This document shows, piece after piece, positions 42,981 to 57,824 of a stretch of DNA of 64,000 bases (position 1 is its first letter; every line of letters begins with the position of its first letter). Source of the DNA: Eledone cirrhosa (taxonomy: Eukaryota); assembly GCA_964016885.1 (NCBI GenBank), contig OZ024750.1:21576001-21640000 (forward strand), in the 5' to 3' direction. Both the position numbers and the translations under genes were made by a program. The notes under the pieces were generated by a model. That model saw only the letters and a program-made list of their open reading frames with translations. It had not been told where the DNA came from and did no database searches.

Positions 42981-43528
42981 GCCTGGTTTTGTACGTCTGT
43001 ATGCTTGTCTAATTCTATTGAATTAAATAGTTCCAGTATTCCTAAATCTCTCCGTCTTATTGTACCCTCTCCGGCTTCACCACTGCTAACAACTCTTTTG
43101 CATTACACACTTCCTATTCTATCACACTTAAGGATGTAATCATTAAAACAAGCTCTACAAACAGATATTCTTTTTTTGTGTGTGTCTGTGTGTGTAAACA
43201 TGTGTACATATATAAATGTACATATATATGTACTTATATATGTATATATATATATGTACATATATATATGTACATATATATGTACATATATATGTATATA
43301 TATATATACGTACATATATATATGTACATATATATATTTACATATATATGTATATATATATATATGTACATATATACATGTACATATATATATGTACATA
43401 TATATGTATATATATATATGTACATATATATATGTACATATATATGTATATATATATATATGTACATATATATATGTACATATATATGTACATATATATA
43501 TATGTACATATATATATGTATACATACA

Positions 43529-43561
<33 letters not shown>

Positions 43562-43677
43562 TGAGAGAGAGAGAGCTACATATATGTGTGTCTGTATGTA
43601 CATATGTATACATAGAAATGTATGTTTATGTATGTGTATATATATATACAGAGAGAGGGAGAGGGAGAGGGGAAACA

Positions 43678-43725
<48 letters not shown>

Positions 43726-43838
43726 ATACATACTTACAGATATTTGTGTGTATGAATATATACGTGTGTCTGTTTTTATAAATATGTATATAGAGAGATA
43801 TATACCTGTTTGTGTGTGTGTGTGTATGTATGTGTGTG

Positions 43839-43899
<61 letters not shown>

Positions 43900-43989
43900 A
43901 TTCACTATTCATACGCACTTATCCATGCTCGTGGTGCACATCCAAAGGCATTTTATTTTGGCAGCATTCTACGTTTGTAAGCAATCAAC

Positions 43990-44565
43990 GCCATCACCAC
44001 CACCACAACCATCATCACCACGATCATCACCACCACGACCACCACCACCATCACCATCACCACCACCACCACCACCACCATCACCACGACCACCACCATC
44101 ATCACCACGATCATCACCACCACCATCATCACTATCACCACGATCTCCACCACCACCATCATCACGATCATCACCACCGCCATCATCACCGCCATCATCA
44201 TCATCATCATCACTACCATCACCACCACCACCATCATCACCATGATCATCACCACCCCCATCATCACCATCACCACCATCTCCACCGCCACCACCACCAT
44301 CATCATCACCATCATCATCACCACCACCATCATCACCGCCATCATCATCATCACCATCATCGGTACTGCCACCATCATCACCACCACCATCATCATTACC
44401 AACACCACCATCATCACCACCATCACTTCCTAACTGGAAACACAGCAGAAATAGTTGGTTTCCCAGTGGTATTGGTGGTGTCAGTGGTGGTGGTGGTGAC
44501 AGTGGTGGTGGTAGTATTGGTGGTGGTGTTGGTGTTAGTATTGTTGTTGTTGTTGTTGTTGTTAC
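43990..44565. repeat. Degenerate (CAC/CAT)n followed by (GTG/GTT)n trinucleotide repeats
   Basis: Direct inspection. Confidence 0.9.
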
Positions 44566-44618
44566 AATGTAGAGAGTCTTCGTGGTATTATCACGTTTGA
44601 ATAACTGTTGCACTGTGA

Positions 44619-44995
44619 AATAATTGTTTCTACTTTTGGCACAAGGCCAGCAATCACCCAGTGTATTACTGGTACTTTATTTTATCGACCCCGTAAGGAT
44701 GAAAGGCAAAGTTAAGCTCGGCGGGATTTGAACTCAGAGCATACAGGGAGGTAACTATATGCTTCAAAGCATGGCGTCCGACCCTCTACAGATAATTGAA
44801 GTGTGAAATAATTGTTTCTACTTTAGGCACAAGGTCAGCAATTACCCAGTACATTACTGGTACTTTATTTTATCGAACCCGTAAGGATGAAAGGCAAAAT
44901 TAACCTCGGCGGGATTTGAACTCAGACTGTAAAGGGACGTAACTATGCTAGAAAGCATGGCGTCCAACCCTCTGCCGATGCTGCCAATTCACCGC
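44619..44995 (-). mobile_element. Two tandem SINEs
   Basis: Consensus matches; GTGTGAAATA flanks the second copy. Confidence 0.9.
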
Positions 44996-45101
44996 AGTGT
45001 GAAATACACACAAATATGAATACATATATATATATATACATACACGCCCATATGTATACATATATATACTTGCATTATATTTGTATATATATATATATAT
45101 A

Positions 45102-45134
<33 letters not shown>

Positions 45135-45139
45135 GCATA

Positions 45140-45252
<113 letters not shown>

Positions 45253-45504
45253 TAAAATAACAGATTAATGTTTAAGCAAAGATTCGCTGCTTTCACCCTT
45301 ACCGGGATCTTCTGAAACTAACAAAGTCAATCTGTGAACGCAGAAGTGAATATTTCAAAAAATGTTGCAATCGGGGGAAGACAGGAGGACGATACTTTGG
45401 TTCGTGGAAACGTTCCCTGGCAAAGAACGGGAAAAAACGAATATAATACGTCATTATTTGGAGCGGTGAAAAACAATTACACGCAAAGACAAAACCACGT
45501 TTAT

Positions 45505-45584
<80 letters not shown>

Positions 45585-45589
45585 CATAA

Positions 45590-45638
<49 letters not shown>

Positions 45639-45786
45639 CATATATATATATACACATATATATATATTTATATATATATACATATATATATATATACATA
45701 GATATATTTATATATATATACATATATATATATATACATATATATATATGTCTGTATATATATATATATATATGTGTGTGTATATT

Positions 45787-45823
<37 letters not shown>

Positions 45824-45906
45824 GTGTATATTTATATATATATATACATATATATATATATGTGTATATGTATATATATATATGTGTGTGTGTATATATA
45901 TATATA

Positions 45907-45946
<40 letters not shown>

Positions 45947-48449
45947 AATATAATGCAAGTATATATATGTATATACGCATGTGTATATATGTATAGGCAT
46001 ATATACATATGAGAGAGTGAGTGAGAAAGATAATAGTTAAATTGCTGTATACCTGTGTGTGTGTGTGTGTGTTTTGCTGTTTATATGTTTGTATGTGTTA
46101 TTGAATCAGCATGTGTGAATACAAGCGCCATTGTAGCACAACCTGAACAAATTTAATTTAAATAGTCTTAAGAAATGCTTTCGAGATAAATCTTACTGCC
46201 TCGTGAGAAATGAGCATTTTATCATATTTCGTTTTATTTTATTTCATTTATTTTTCTCCTAAGCATAATAATACGATGAGTGGTAGCTGGATAAGGAGAA
46301 TTGAAATTTACAGGTCGACAATGAGGTAATTCTAAATCCGAGTAGTAATGGTTCTCTCACTACTCTTCACAAGTTGTCAAATTATCGAGCGCCATGATGG
46401 TAGCTGAAACAGCAATGCATCTACTTAGAACTTAGAAAGGAAGTCAATATAAACTCAATAGAGAAACTGTAAGGATGTCGAGGGAGAAACACAAAGAAAG
46501 ATTCTGAAAATAAATGTATTATTTCTTCACTGAAGCTGTCCGAGAAAGAGGGATATTGTCAAACATTGACATGATAACGGCTGAAGAACAAAAATAAATT
46601 AATGAATAAATACATACATACAAGTATTGAATTATTATTTACATCTGAGAAGCTGATAGATAGAGAATTTTATGTTTAACAAAATCGGATGTAAATGGGC
46701 AGAGTCGTTAGTGTGTTGAGTAAATGTTTCGTTATATGTTTCGGCTTTTCATGCCCTGTTTTTAAATCCCACTGAAGTTAACAATGCTTTTCGTCCTTCC
46801 GGGGTCGATGAAATAAAGTACATAGCAATGTGAGGAATTGTTGAAATGTCAGACGTGATGCTTTGCATTATTTGATCCGGCTCCTTCAGATTTCGGCTCG
46901 TCAAACTCCGTCTTCTGCCAGGAATTGCTTCCGGCTGATAGTATCAACAATGGAAAAACCAATGGAATCATTGTTTCCTTCGTTTGCTCTGACTATCAGC
47001 TTCTTTCTTTTCTTTAACGCTTAGCAGTACTGAAACTTAAGGATTGTAGATCAGCAAAATCGATTGAACGTTGGACAAAATGGTATGTTTTTACTTTGTT
47101 TTGCATTCAACGCGTCTAGTCATTCACTTCTACTCCTTTAATGTTGTTAGACTAAGCACCAATTGATTAATTCCCATAAAACTGCCTCACCCTGTGCATA
47201 TGTCGCAAATCAATATTCTTGATTATCTAAGTTTTTAGTTCAAATCATCCTTGGCTTCCAATTCACTTTTACCAGTTGAAGCTCATGAACATAAAACATG
47301 TATCGAGGTCTTTTGAGTCGATTATATCACATAACCTTACAAGGCTCCGAATTTACATCAATAACCGTGTTCACCCTTTTTCCTTCTCCCAGTTTGATAA
47401 AATAAAACGACGTTATGTCCGTGGGTCTGTCCAATCGACTATAGACAGCCTTACAACGTTCCGACCTTAGGTCAAAATATAACAAAAATCAATATTTACA
47501 TTCGGAAATTGTTGTTATTGCAGTATTCACTGGTTTTGGAAATCTTATAATGGTGTTTCCATTGTTGGCAACTTCAACAAGGAAAGGGGAAGTGCTTTCA
47601 GGATAACTGTGTGATAATGCAATTCTTATTTCTAAGGATGGTTGTCACAGTCGGTGGTCGTTACAGAAACCGATGTATTTACGGTGCTTAGGCTATCACA
47701 CATGCTATATTGTATTGATAGCAAAGGCAACACAAGCTGACTTTGTTCGTCTAGATGTAAACAAGAAACAGGGAAAACTAATGTTCCTTGCCATTTTGAA
47801 ATATTTAAATCTGCAGCCATTGATTGAAGAATGTTTCCGAAGATCCCGAAAAAAGGTGAAAGCAAAAGTTGTTTGCACAAACTTTTAATCTGTTCAAATT
47901 ATAAACATTCATTCTACAGTTTTATATATATATTGTTGCATGTATATGTTTTCGGCAGAGCTGTTCTGGCCTGGAATAGGTCGCAGGTGGTGGATAGTGA
48001 CACGACCACGAAATAGGGTTAGTTTCGATATGCGTGAGCTCCTGTCGGATGAATAAGGAAAATTGACCACACGGCGGCAAGCTACTAGGAGAGATTGAGC
48101 AATGGGTGACACAGTTAGCTCTCAGCAGAACAGATGTAGTTAAAACGAGTTGAGTAAAAGGGCGCCTCTAAAAAGATTTACACGTCACGGGCCTCAGAAA
48201 ATTACCAAATTGGTAATTGGTGCAAATAAGAACACCAAAACTTGCTGTATGGTCAGATTGAATAATAACAAATATACGAAGGTTTCCTGGGATGCGTTGT
48301 AATGAGAGGACATACCAAATCGGTTATCTAAGTTGTTCAATCTGTATGGGTTATCTGATATATTGTTGTTTTTCTCGGTTCCTTTCTTAAAAAGTGGTGT
48401 TCATTTTAGCTGTGTTTTCGACTAGGCTCTGTTTTGTGAAGTAAGATAT

Positions 48450-48680
48450 TTTGACACTATTCCTTTGTCAAGTGCTTTGAAGAATAACCTAGGTATGCTG
48501 AGCTCCCTTGCAACTGAATATGGCGGTTTATACTAAACAGTATTGCGTGATTGAGACCGATTTGAAGTTCTTTGTTGTTCCTGTATAACGAGTTATCCAA
48601 TATGAAATATAATTCTTTGTTGTGAATAAGCTTTACGATGATAAAATGGAATTGTATATGACCCAGTGTCATGTATGGTA
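48450..48680 (-). mobile_element. Degraded Penelope-like reverse transcriptase remnant
   Basis: KLIHNKELYFILDNSLYRNNKELQIG resembles the NYFxFDNxxYxQxxGxAMG RT motif; stops nearby. Confidence 0.3.
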
Positions 48681-49531
48681 AGGATAAGGTTATTACAATT
48701 AGGTAAATTGGGATTTTCGTTGAAGTTATTACGTCTTTGAGGATTGATCATGCGTGTACTTTTGTGTGGTATATCCTAGTGTTACTTGCACTGGGGCCGT
48801 TTTTGTAGGTGCTATAATGGTATTTCATAGTGCAGCTGTGGCTTTGAACTCAGAGAGCAGAGAGCTGAAATGAATACCATAAAGCATTCTATCCGACGTT
48901 CTAACAACTTTGCCGCCATTAATCAAGTCAAAATAATATGAGGTTACTCTGTATAATATATATATTCGATGTAATCTTTAATCAATTTAACACTTTAACT
49001 CCAGTAACCAGATGAACTTAACCATATTATCGATCATCATATCCAATTATCAATCAGGAACTGTAAACAAATAAGATTTTATGCAATTATAATTTAGGAT
49101 TTTCTGTAAATTTTGAACAATATTAAGCATACTTTCATTGAATGTGTAGCCAAAACATTTATTTATACTTTGCCAAATCAATGCAAAAAACAGTTACCTG
49201 CTTTGTTCGTGTTGTATTTTTCTATTCTTATATTATCGTTCAGTTTTTCATTTAATTCTGTTAGATTTATATAATAAGAATGTGAGCAAAGAAAATCCTT
49301 GTTTTAATGTAATAAGACAAATTACTGTTCAATGTTTTCCCATTATTTTCGTTTCGTTTGTATATTCATGTTTTTTTCCCTCCATGTTTTTGCAACGAAT
49401 CCTGAGCTCGTCTAACCTTTCTTCTAACGTGACTACTTCTATGTTAAGAATAAAAGTTTACCAAACACACAGACACACACTCAACTCAACACACGTACAC
49501 ACTCAAGCACACAAATGCACACATACTATAC

Positions 49532-49583
<52 letters not shown>

Positions 49584-49587
49584 CTAC

Positions 49588-49646
<59 letters not shown>

Positions 49647-49725
49647 AGTGTGTATTATATTATATGTTTATATGTGTGCGTGTGTATGTAAATGTAAATA
49701 TATATATATATTTGAATAGATAAAT

Positions 49726-49796
<71 letters not shown>

Positions 49797-49885
49797 GGGT
49801 GTATTTATCTATTCAAATATATATATATATATATATTTATATATTTACATTCATATACACATACATACAAAGAAACATATCATAT

Positions 49886-50074
49886 AATTGTTTCTATTTT
49901 TGGCACAAGGCCAGCAATTACCCAGTACATTACTGGTACTTTATTTTATCGACCCCGTAAGGATGAAAGCAAAGTTAACCTCGGCGGGATTTGAACTCAG
50001 ATCATAAAGGGACGTAACTCTATGCTTCAAAGCATGGTGTCCGACTCTCGACCGATACTGCCAATCCACCACCC
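49886..50074 (-). mobile_element. SINE with 18-bp TSD
   Basis: AAAGAAACATATCATATA at 49869-49886 and 50077-50094. Confidence 0.9.
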
Positions 50075-50380
50075 TGAAAGAAACATATCATATATTACAG
50101 ACACACACGTTTGCACATAGTTCATAAGTTGAATTATACCAGAATATGATGAATTCCCCAACTGCATAAAACTTTACCTGTCACAAGTTTCCGTTATTTG
50201 TATGGCAGAGATGAAAGTTTAGTTTCTCTTACCACCATATATATCAATAAATATGTATGTGTGTGTGTGTGGTCTGAGAGCGTGTTTGTATATATGCCTG
50301 TATTTTTGTGTGTATATATATATATATATATATAGCCGAAAATAAATGGAGGAGAAGTCAATACATTTAAAAATGTGTTA

Positions 50381-50490
50381 CTCCTTACACAGTGTTTCGT
50401 GTAAGGTATATTTACAATATAACAGGTCTATATATGTGCGTATGCATGTATAATATGATAAAGAATATGCACTTAGAATCCTCAGAGAAG
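50381..50490 (-). ncRNA. Hammerhead-like motif with expanded, degenerate stem II
   Basis: Minus strand: CTTCT-CTGAGGA-[~80 nt, TAAG/CTTA pairing]-GAAA-CACTGTG-TA^AGGAG; stems I and III and the core are intact. Confidence 0.5.
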
Positions 50491-50659
50491 AAATATTATT
50501 GTCTGATATAATTGTATATATATATATTCAGAGAGAGAGAGAGAGAGCGAGAGACACGAGAGTGAGGAGAGGAGAGAGAGAGGGAGAGAGAGAGCGCGAG
50601 AGAAAGTGGAGAATGCATATACATATGGATATGTATTTGTATATATATATATATATATA

Positions 50660-50832
50660 TATTCCTTTCGCTATATGTCTCTCCACCACTCCCCTACACA
50701 CCTTTTGAACTCTCACCTGAAGAAGGGCTTATGCCCGAAACGTCGTCCTCCACCTACCCCCCACTCTCCTGAGCGTGAATTTAATAAACATTTGTCGTAC
50801 TGCCTCTCTGTTCTGTCCCTGTTCAATTTTTC

Positions 50833-50836
<4 letters not shown>
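50660..50836 (+). mobile_element. Penelope-like pseudo-LTR fragment with hammerhead-like core
   Basis: CTGAAGA-A-GGGC ttat GCCC-GAAA-CGTC (50717-50744) followed by a pyrimidine-rich stretch and AATAAA; flanked on both sides by (TA)n; stem I is only about 2 bp. Confidence 0.55.
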
Positions 50837-50918
<82 letters not shown>

Positions 50919-50944
50919 TGTATATGTATATATATATATATATA

Positions 50945-51028
<84 letters not shown>

Positions 51029-51044
51029 TGTGTGTATAGATAGA

Positions 51045-51248
51045 TATATTTCTTTATTTACAATAAAGGCATAAAAAGAAGGGACAAATACAAAGGGGGA
51101 GTTTACATAAAATCGAGTAAAAAGGGTATAAAATGAAAATAATCGAAAACAACCTCAAAAGGGAGGGGACGTGATGGGGGTTGCACACACCCCCGAAAAA
51201 GTGTGCAATCCTTTGCCCGGGGAGCACATGGAGAAGGTGCTCCCCTTG
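51045..51248 (-). mobile_element. LINE 3' UTR fragment
   Basis: The minus strand is pyrimidine-rich and ends ...TTATTGTAAATAAAGAAATA into a microsatellite tail. Confidence 0.4.
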
Positions 51249-51255
51249 TGTGTGT

Positions 51256-51328
<73 letters not shown>

Positions 51329-52130
51329 GAGACGGGTGCATGCACGTGTGGATATGTGTATGTACATATGAACGCATGTATGTATGTATATATATATATA
51401 TATATATGTATTTATATCATGTCTGAATTGCTGAAACAAAATCGTTTCTTCTTGGATTGAATGAATTGCTGTTTCATTTTCTCATTGTTGGGAAATAATA
51501 GTGTAGCAAAGGTGAATATGATGTCCTAATAACACCAAATATATAAATATACAGTGTATTAAATGACCTGACTCAGTTCCATTTGCTATATATTCTCTGT
51601 CTGAAAAGAATACTAAGAACATAACGTTCCATTTTCATGTTGTTAACGAAACAAATGGCATCTTCTTTCAATGGACGAATGAATGGCCGAATCTTCTATT
51701 TTCTAATTGTTGTCAAATGGAGACCACATTATCTATAATCAGTTTTCTTTATTTGTGTATCAGAGGTGAAAATTAATTTGTGATATCACCAAGAATATAT
51801 AACGTATCTTATCCATTTCCTATATATCAAACATAATAAGCCGCCATGTTTTACATGTGTGTGTGTGTGTGTTTGTTTGGCTGCAATTCTGTATAACACA
51901 CATACACAAACATACACATAAACACAATGTATTTACTATCTCAATCGCTTTTCAACAATATTTTCGATTTCTAATCACAATGTCTTAGTTTCTAGTTCTA
52001 ACTTTGTCCCTGTAAATATTTATACCTTCAAAGTTACTCATCATAATATAATAAAGGGAGGAGTGGAGGACTGTGTCCCAAATATATATGTTTATCCCGT
52101 TAGTAAAATAAGTTAGATTACTTTGAATAA

Positions 52131-52420
52131 ATAATTGTTTCTACTTTTGGCACAAGGCCAGCAAATACCCAGTGTATTACTGGTACTTTATTTTATCGAC
52201 CCCATAAGGATGAAAGGCAAAGTTAAGCTAGGCGGGATTTGAACTCAGAATGGCAAGGGCCGTAACTCTATGCGTCAAAGCATGGCGTCCGACCTCCTGC
52301 CGATACTGCCAATCCACCAATAAATAATTGTTTCTACTTTTGGCACAAGGCCAGCAATTACCCAGTACATTACTGGTACTTTATATTATCGACCCCGTAA
52401 GGATGAAAGGCAAAGTTAAC
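52131..52420 (-). mobile_element. Full SINE plus truncated SINE
   Basis: Consensus matches. Confidence 0.85.
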
Positions 52421-52606
52421 CCAGTAATCCACCAATAAATAATGAATGAATATTACATAATTTATGTACTAAATTTCGTAGCTGTTGATTAAATATAAAT
52501 ATTCTTATATATAATGGTTGCTTATTTTAAGATTCACTTTTAAAATTTTCAAATGTCTACACTTTCGGTTAGCGTAACACTTATTACATTGCTTATATAA
52601 ACATCC

Positions 52607-52720
52607 ATCGTTATATAAGGTTTCATTACATTTCACCGTAATGCAGTTTATATATAATATATATCGTTATATAAGGTTTCATTACATTTCACCGTAATGC
52701 AGTTTATATATAATATATAA
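52607..52720. repeat. Tandem duplication of a ~56-bp unit
   Basis: ATCGTTATATAAGGTTTCATTACATTTCACCGTAATGCAGTT occurs twice. Confidence 0.9.
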
Positions 52721-52906
52721 TATCATCTTTTTTTTAATTGATTACAGAAGAGTGTAACACAGTCTCTCTTCAATTTCCGTGTATATTGTCAATTACGATT
52801 TTATTTGACATATACATGCATATATATTTGCATATAATATAAATATGTACACTACACATGCTAGCAAACAACCACCCGAAGGATGGTTTTTTTCTCCTAT
52901 ACACAG

Positions 52907-52963
52907 GTCTTCCCTTTGAATCATCAGCAATTCACTACACTGAACGCTCCGACAATAGAGGCT
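52907..52963 (+). CDS. Candidate 57-nt exon (phase 1-1) of the same gene
   Basis: Pyrimidine tract tttttttctcctatacacag| and donor |gtgagt; restores the expected Gly (G+GT) and is open: (G)LPFESSAIHYTERSDNRG. Homology support is weak. Confidence 0.3.
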
Positions 52964-53060
52964 GTGAGTATTAGGATGTCAATAAAAAATGTCTTCGTAA
53001 GATAATGGGTGAGAATTTGAATATTATTGAAGGGTCGACGGTAGAATGTTTCAATCAGGC

Positions 53061-53238
53061 CAGTATCGGTAGAGTGTTGGACGCCATGCTTTCCAGCATA
53101 GTTACGTCACTTTACGATCTGAGTTCAAATCCCGCCGAGGTTGACTTTGCCTTTCATCCTTACGGGGTCGATAAAATAAAGTACCAGTAATGCACTGGAT
53201 AATTGCTGGCCTTGTGCCTAAAGTAGAAATAATTATTA
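53061..53238 (+). mobile_element. SINE (same family)
   Basis: Consensus match. Confidence 0.9.
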
Positions 53239-53537
53239 CTGTTGCTATTATTTCTACATTTCAAAACAATAAAAACAAAGTATCAAAGTTATTCTTATTT
53301 GAGAAAAACCACCGACCCTCCATCTCAACTCTACTTTTGAAAAGCAGAAGAACTGCGAAACCGGTAAAGGAACCAAATAAATATATATATTTTTTTTTTA
53401 AATAAGACTCCAGTTAAATTTTCGATTTCATCTTTTTTTCTTTATATATATATACATATATAAGTTGGAATAGAATGAAACGAAATTTCATTTCTCACTC
53501 TTAGTACGGCACTTACTTAAATATACATACATACATA

Positions 53538-53630
<93 letters not shown>

Positions 53631-53801
53631 TATATATATATATATAAATCATATATATATATATATAAATCATATATATATATATATATAAATCATATAT
53701 ATATATATATATATAAATCATATATATATTAATCATATATATATATATATAAATCATATATATATATATACTAGAACATAACAGATAAGACATAACAGAT
53801 A

Positions 53802-53871
<70 letters not shown>

Positions 53872-54589
53872 TGAACATAACAGATAAGAGATCCATATGC
53901 CGACTGCCATCACTACAGTATAGTTATATATGGTCACCGACGTATACTAATAATTGCATAACTGCGCCTATGATTGTGTAAGCATCTGATGAAGTTACAT
54001 AAATATATGTCATGCAATAATAATTATGGTGAATTAATCACGTCTTATCTACTCTTATTTTTTATATATATATATGTGTATATATATATATGAAAAATTA
54101 TGACCCCGACGGCAGAGCTCAAGCCGTTTCGACGGCTATTTCACAATTCCTTTGTTATATATATATATATATACAAAGAGAGAGAGGAGGAGAGGGAGAG
54201 CCTGTGTGTGTATGTGTGCGTGTGTGTCTGTATGTGAGTGTGTGTGTGTGTGTGCAGCTGTTGTTTAGAGTAGAATCGTTCTTTCACAATTCCATTACAT
54301 AAAGAATTTTTGCCATTTCATCCCCTTTATAGATTTTAGAAAAGTTTCTTGAATTTTTATTTACTTCATTTTAGCAGACAACAATAGCGTCATCTTCTGA
54401 ATGTACCAGGTTTTTATTGAACATAAAAATCGAATAAATTGTGGTTAACTGATTATATATATGTGTGTTTATGTGTGTGTGTGGGTGTGGGTGTGTGTGG
54501 GGGGGCGTGTATGTGTGTGTGTTTGTGTGTTTGTGTTTGTGTGTATATATGTATATGTATGTATATATATATATGTATATGTATGTATA

Positions 54590-54622
<33 letters not shown>

Positions 54623-54741
54623 TAGGTGTATGTGGTTGTAAGAGTATGTGTCAGTGTTTCAGTATACTTATGAAAGTATATTTCTTTCATATTTATCATA
54701 ACAATGTTACAATGGACAATATATAAATATTATTATTATCG

Positions 54742-54838
54742 TCGAGGTTAACTTTGCCTTTCATCCTTACCGGCTCGATAAAATAAAGTACCAGTAATGA
54801 ACTGGTTAATTGCTGGCCTTGTGCCAAAAGTAGAAACA

Positions 54839-54894
<56 letters not shown>
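54742..54894 (+). mobile_element. 5'-truncated SINE with (ATT)n tail
   Basis: Nin core and 3' end. Confidence 0.85.
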
Positions 54895-55043
54895 GATACA
54901 GGGACGATTTGTTAATCCTTCATTTTGTTTATTGATTGATGACCCGTGTTTCGCTATTGATCCGCTCAAGGTTCGATCTATATCGATCTGGCCCGACTCT
55001 GGAATCAAAAGCTCGTCGGACCTCTGTTGTAGTAATGACAGAA

Positions 55044-55076
<33 letters not shown>

Positions 55077-55518
55077 GCGTGTGTGTGTGTGTGTGTGTAA
55101 TTTCAGTATACTGCTATCACATCAATTAGTTTCTACGTAACTACCGTAAAATTGTGTATTTTGAAAATATATTCTACAAATGTGTGCATTACGATTATGA
55201 TGATGAAGAATTTATAAAATATTGTCATTTTCACTCTCGGTAATTACTGGAAGTGTCCATATATAATTTCAGATATTTTGGTGCCTTTTTTTTATTATAT
55301 GTTGAAGTCGGTGAAAATTGCCAAAATATTGGCCTCGAATGCAGCCGAGCTCGCCATTTTATCTTTTATTTTTGACATATTTTTCTACTCATATACGAGT
55401 ATATGCGACATATACTTGTATGTATCTGTACATACATACGCACCTATGCACAGATATACATACATGTATACAGACATACGTTCAAATATATATACAGGGT
55501 TTGCCAGACTCAATTTAA

Positions 55519-55705
55519 AATAATTGTTTCTACTTTAGGCACAAGGCCAGCAATTACCCAGTGCATTACTGGTACTTTATTTTATCGACCCCGTAAGGAT
55601 GAAAGGCAAAGTCAACCTCGGAGGGATTTGAACTCAGATCGTAAAGGGACGTAACTATGCTGGAAAGCATGGTGTCTGACTCTCTACCGATACTGCCAAT
55701 CCACC
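55519..55705 (-). mobile_element. SINE (same family)
   Basis: Consensus match; TTAAAATAAT flanks. Confidence 0.9.
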
Positions 55706-55788
55706 ATTAAAATAATAAATCAAGAAAAGAAATACAAACCGATTTGAACCGATTTGAACACATATATGTATATATCTGTGTTTAGCTC

Positions 55789-55824
<36 letters not shown>

Positions 55825-55895
55825 GGGGTAACTACAGTAAGTAAGGTATTCAATGCACAGTAGAACTGTTTGAATCGGGACAAATCATTAGGAAG

Positions 55896-55945
55896 GGCTT
55901 CTGATGATTTCTACCGATTAAGACAGTTGTACTCCTGTAGAAGCC
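55896..55945 (+). other. Decayed paralogue of the 30832 hammerhead
   Basis: GGCTTC-TGATGATTTCTA..ACAGTTGTACTCCTGTA-GAAGCC followed by ttctatattaaa as at 30884; GAAA is mutated. Confidence 0.55.
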
Positions 55946-56152
55946 ATTTCTATATTAAATATATATATATATACGATATTAAACAAATGGAAACTATATT
56001 TATAAAACCATATTTATTTCATTATACATATTTCATATATCATATATCGTATATCTACTCCAAAAACTTGTCGAGTGCTTTATATCAGTTATAAAATATT
56101 TACTTGTTGTAACCCAACAATTTTAAATAAAACTTTTGCATATATATATATA

Positions 56153-56215
<63 letters not shown>

Positions 56216-56952
56216 AACAATGTCAGAAAAAAAATATACTATTATGTTCGCTTTTCATGTTACTAACGGAAGACTATCTTTCCTTCTTTCAAAAAATGAA
56301 TCTTTCATTTTTCTTATTGTTGGCAAATGACACTGAGAGAAATGTGAAAATAGATCTCTCCTTTAATGACCAGATTCAGTAGAGAGCTGCGTCACAATTG
56401 TCGATAAATGTAATGCATCATAAGCCACTTCGGGATATCAAATGCTATAATATAGCTACTATGCACTGATGATAATGATGAACTGCCCTAATGCAATTTA
56501 AAGTATCAAGGGAGATAAGAAGCTGTTTGCAAGCTTGAGACGGAACACTAAGCGGCTTAATTGAAAATTTGGCATTCACTTTAGTTTCACAACAAATACA
56601 TACACATATATAGATATGATATATGATATATGTATGTGATATATATATATAGAGAGAGAGAAGGAGATAGAGATACCTACATATGTGTGTGTGTGATATG
56701 TTTGTATGTGTGTATATATGTGTGTGTATATATATGTGTGTGTGTGTACATATATGTATGTATATATGTATATATATATGTATACATATAAATATATATG
56801 TATATATTTAAATGTATATATATGTATATATATATATACGTATACATATATATAAACATTTAAATATATACATAGATATTTATATGTATACATATATATA
56901 TATATATATACTTATATATATATGTATATATATATATGTATATATATATATG

Positions 56953-57075
<123 letters not shown>

Positions 57076-57083
57076 ATATATAT

Positions 57084-57173
<90 letters not shown>

Positions 57174-57362
57174 TTATATATATATATGTATATTATATAT
57201 ATATTTATATATATATATATATATGTATATTATATATATATTTATATATATATATATGTATATTATATATATATTTATATATATATGTATATTATATATT
57301 TATATATACGTACATATATATATATATATATTTATGTATATATATATTTATATATATATATA

Positions 57363-57405
<43 letters not shown>

Positions 57406-57516
57406 GTATATATATATTTATTTATATATGTGTATATATATATATGTGCATATGTATATGTAGTTATGTGTGTATATTTATATATATGTATATATATATA
57501 TATATGTATATATATT

Positions 57517-57640
<124 letters not shown>

Positions 57641-57781
57641 TATATATATATATTTATATATATATATTTATATATATATATTTATATATATGTATATTTA
57701 TATATATGTATATTTATATATATGTATTAGTTTTGCGAGGTTTTTTATATAGACATACAATGTAACGGGAGGAAACAATAG

Positions 57782-57824
57782 CACCACTGAAGATGTTGCA
57801 GATGTGCAACGAAAGAACTTTGAT
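57782..57824 (+). ncRNA. Degenerate hammerhead-like motif
   Basis: CTGAAGA-T-GTTGCA gatg TGCAAC-GAAA-GAACTT; perfect 6-bp stem II, weak stems I and III; lies between (TA)n arrays. Confidence 0.45.

Noticed and set aside
43812-44613. Poly-His, poly-Pro/Ser and Gly/Asp ORFs
   Set aside because: Translations of a (CAC/CAT)n repeat preceded by (TG)n; no splice or domain support.
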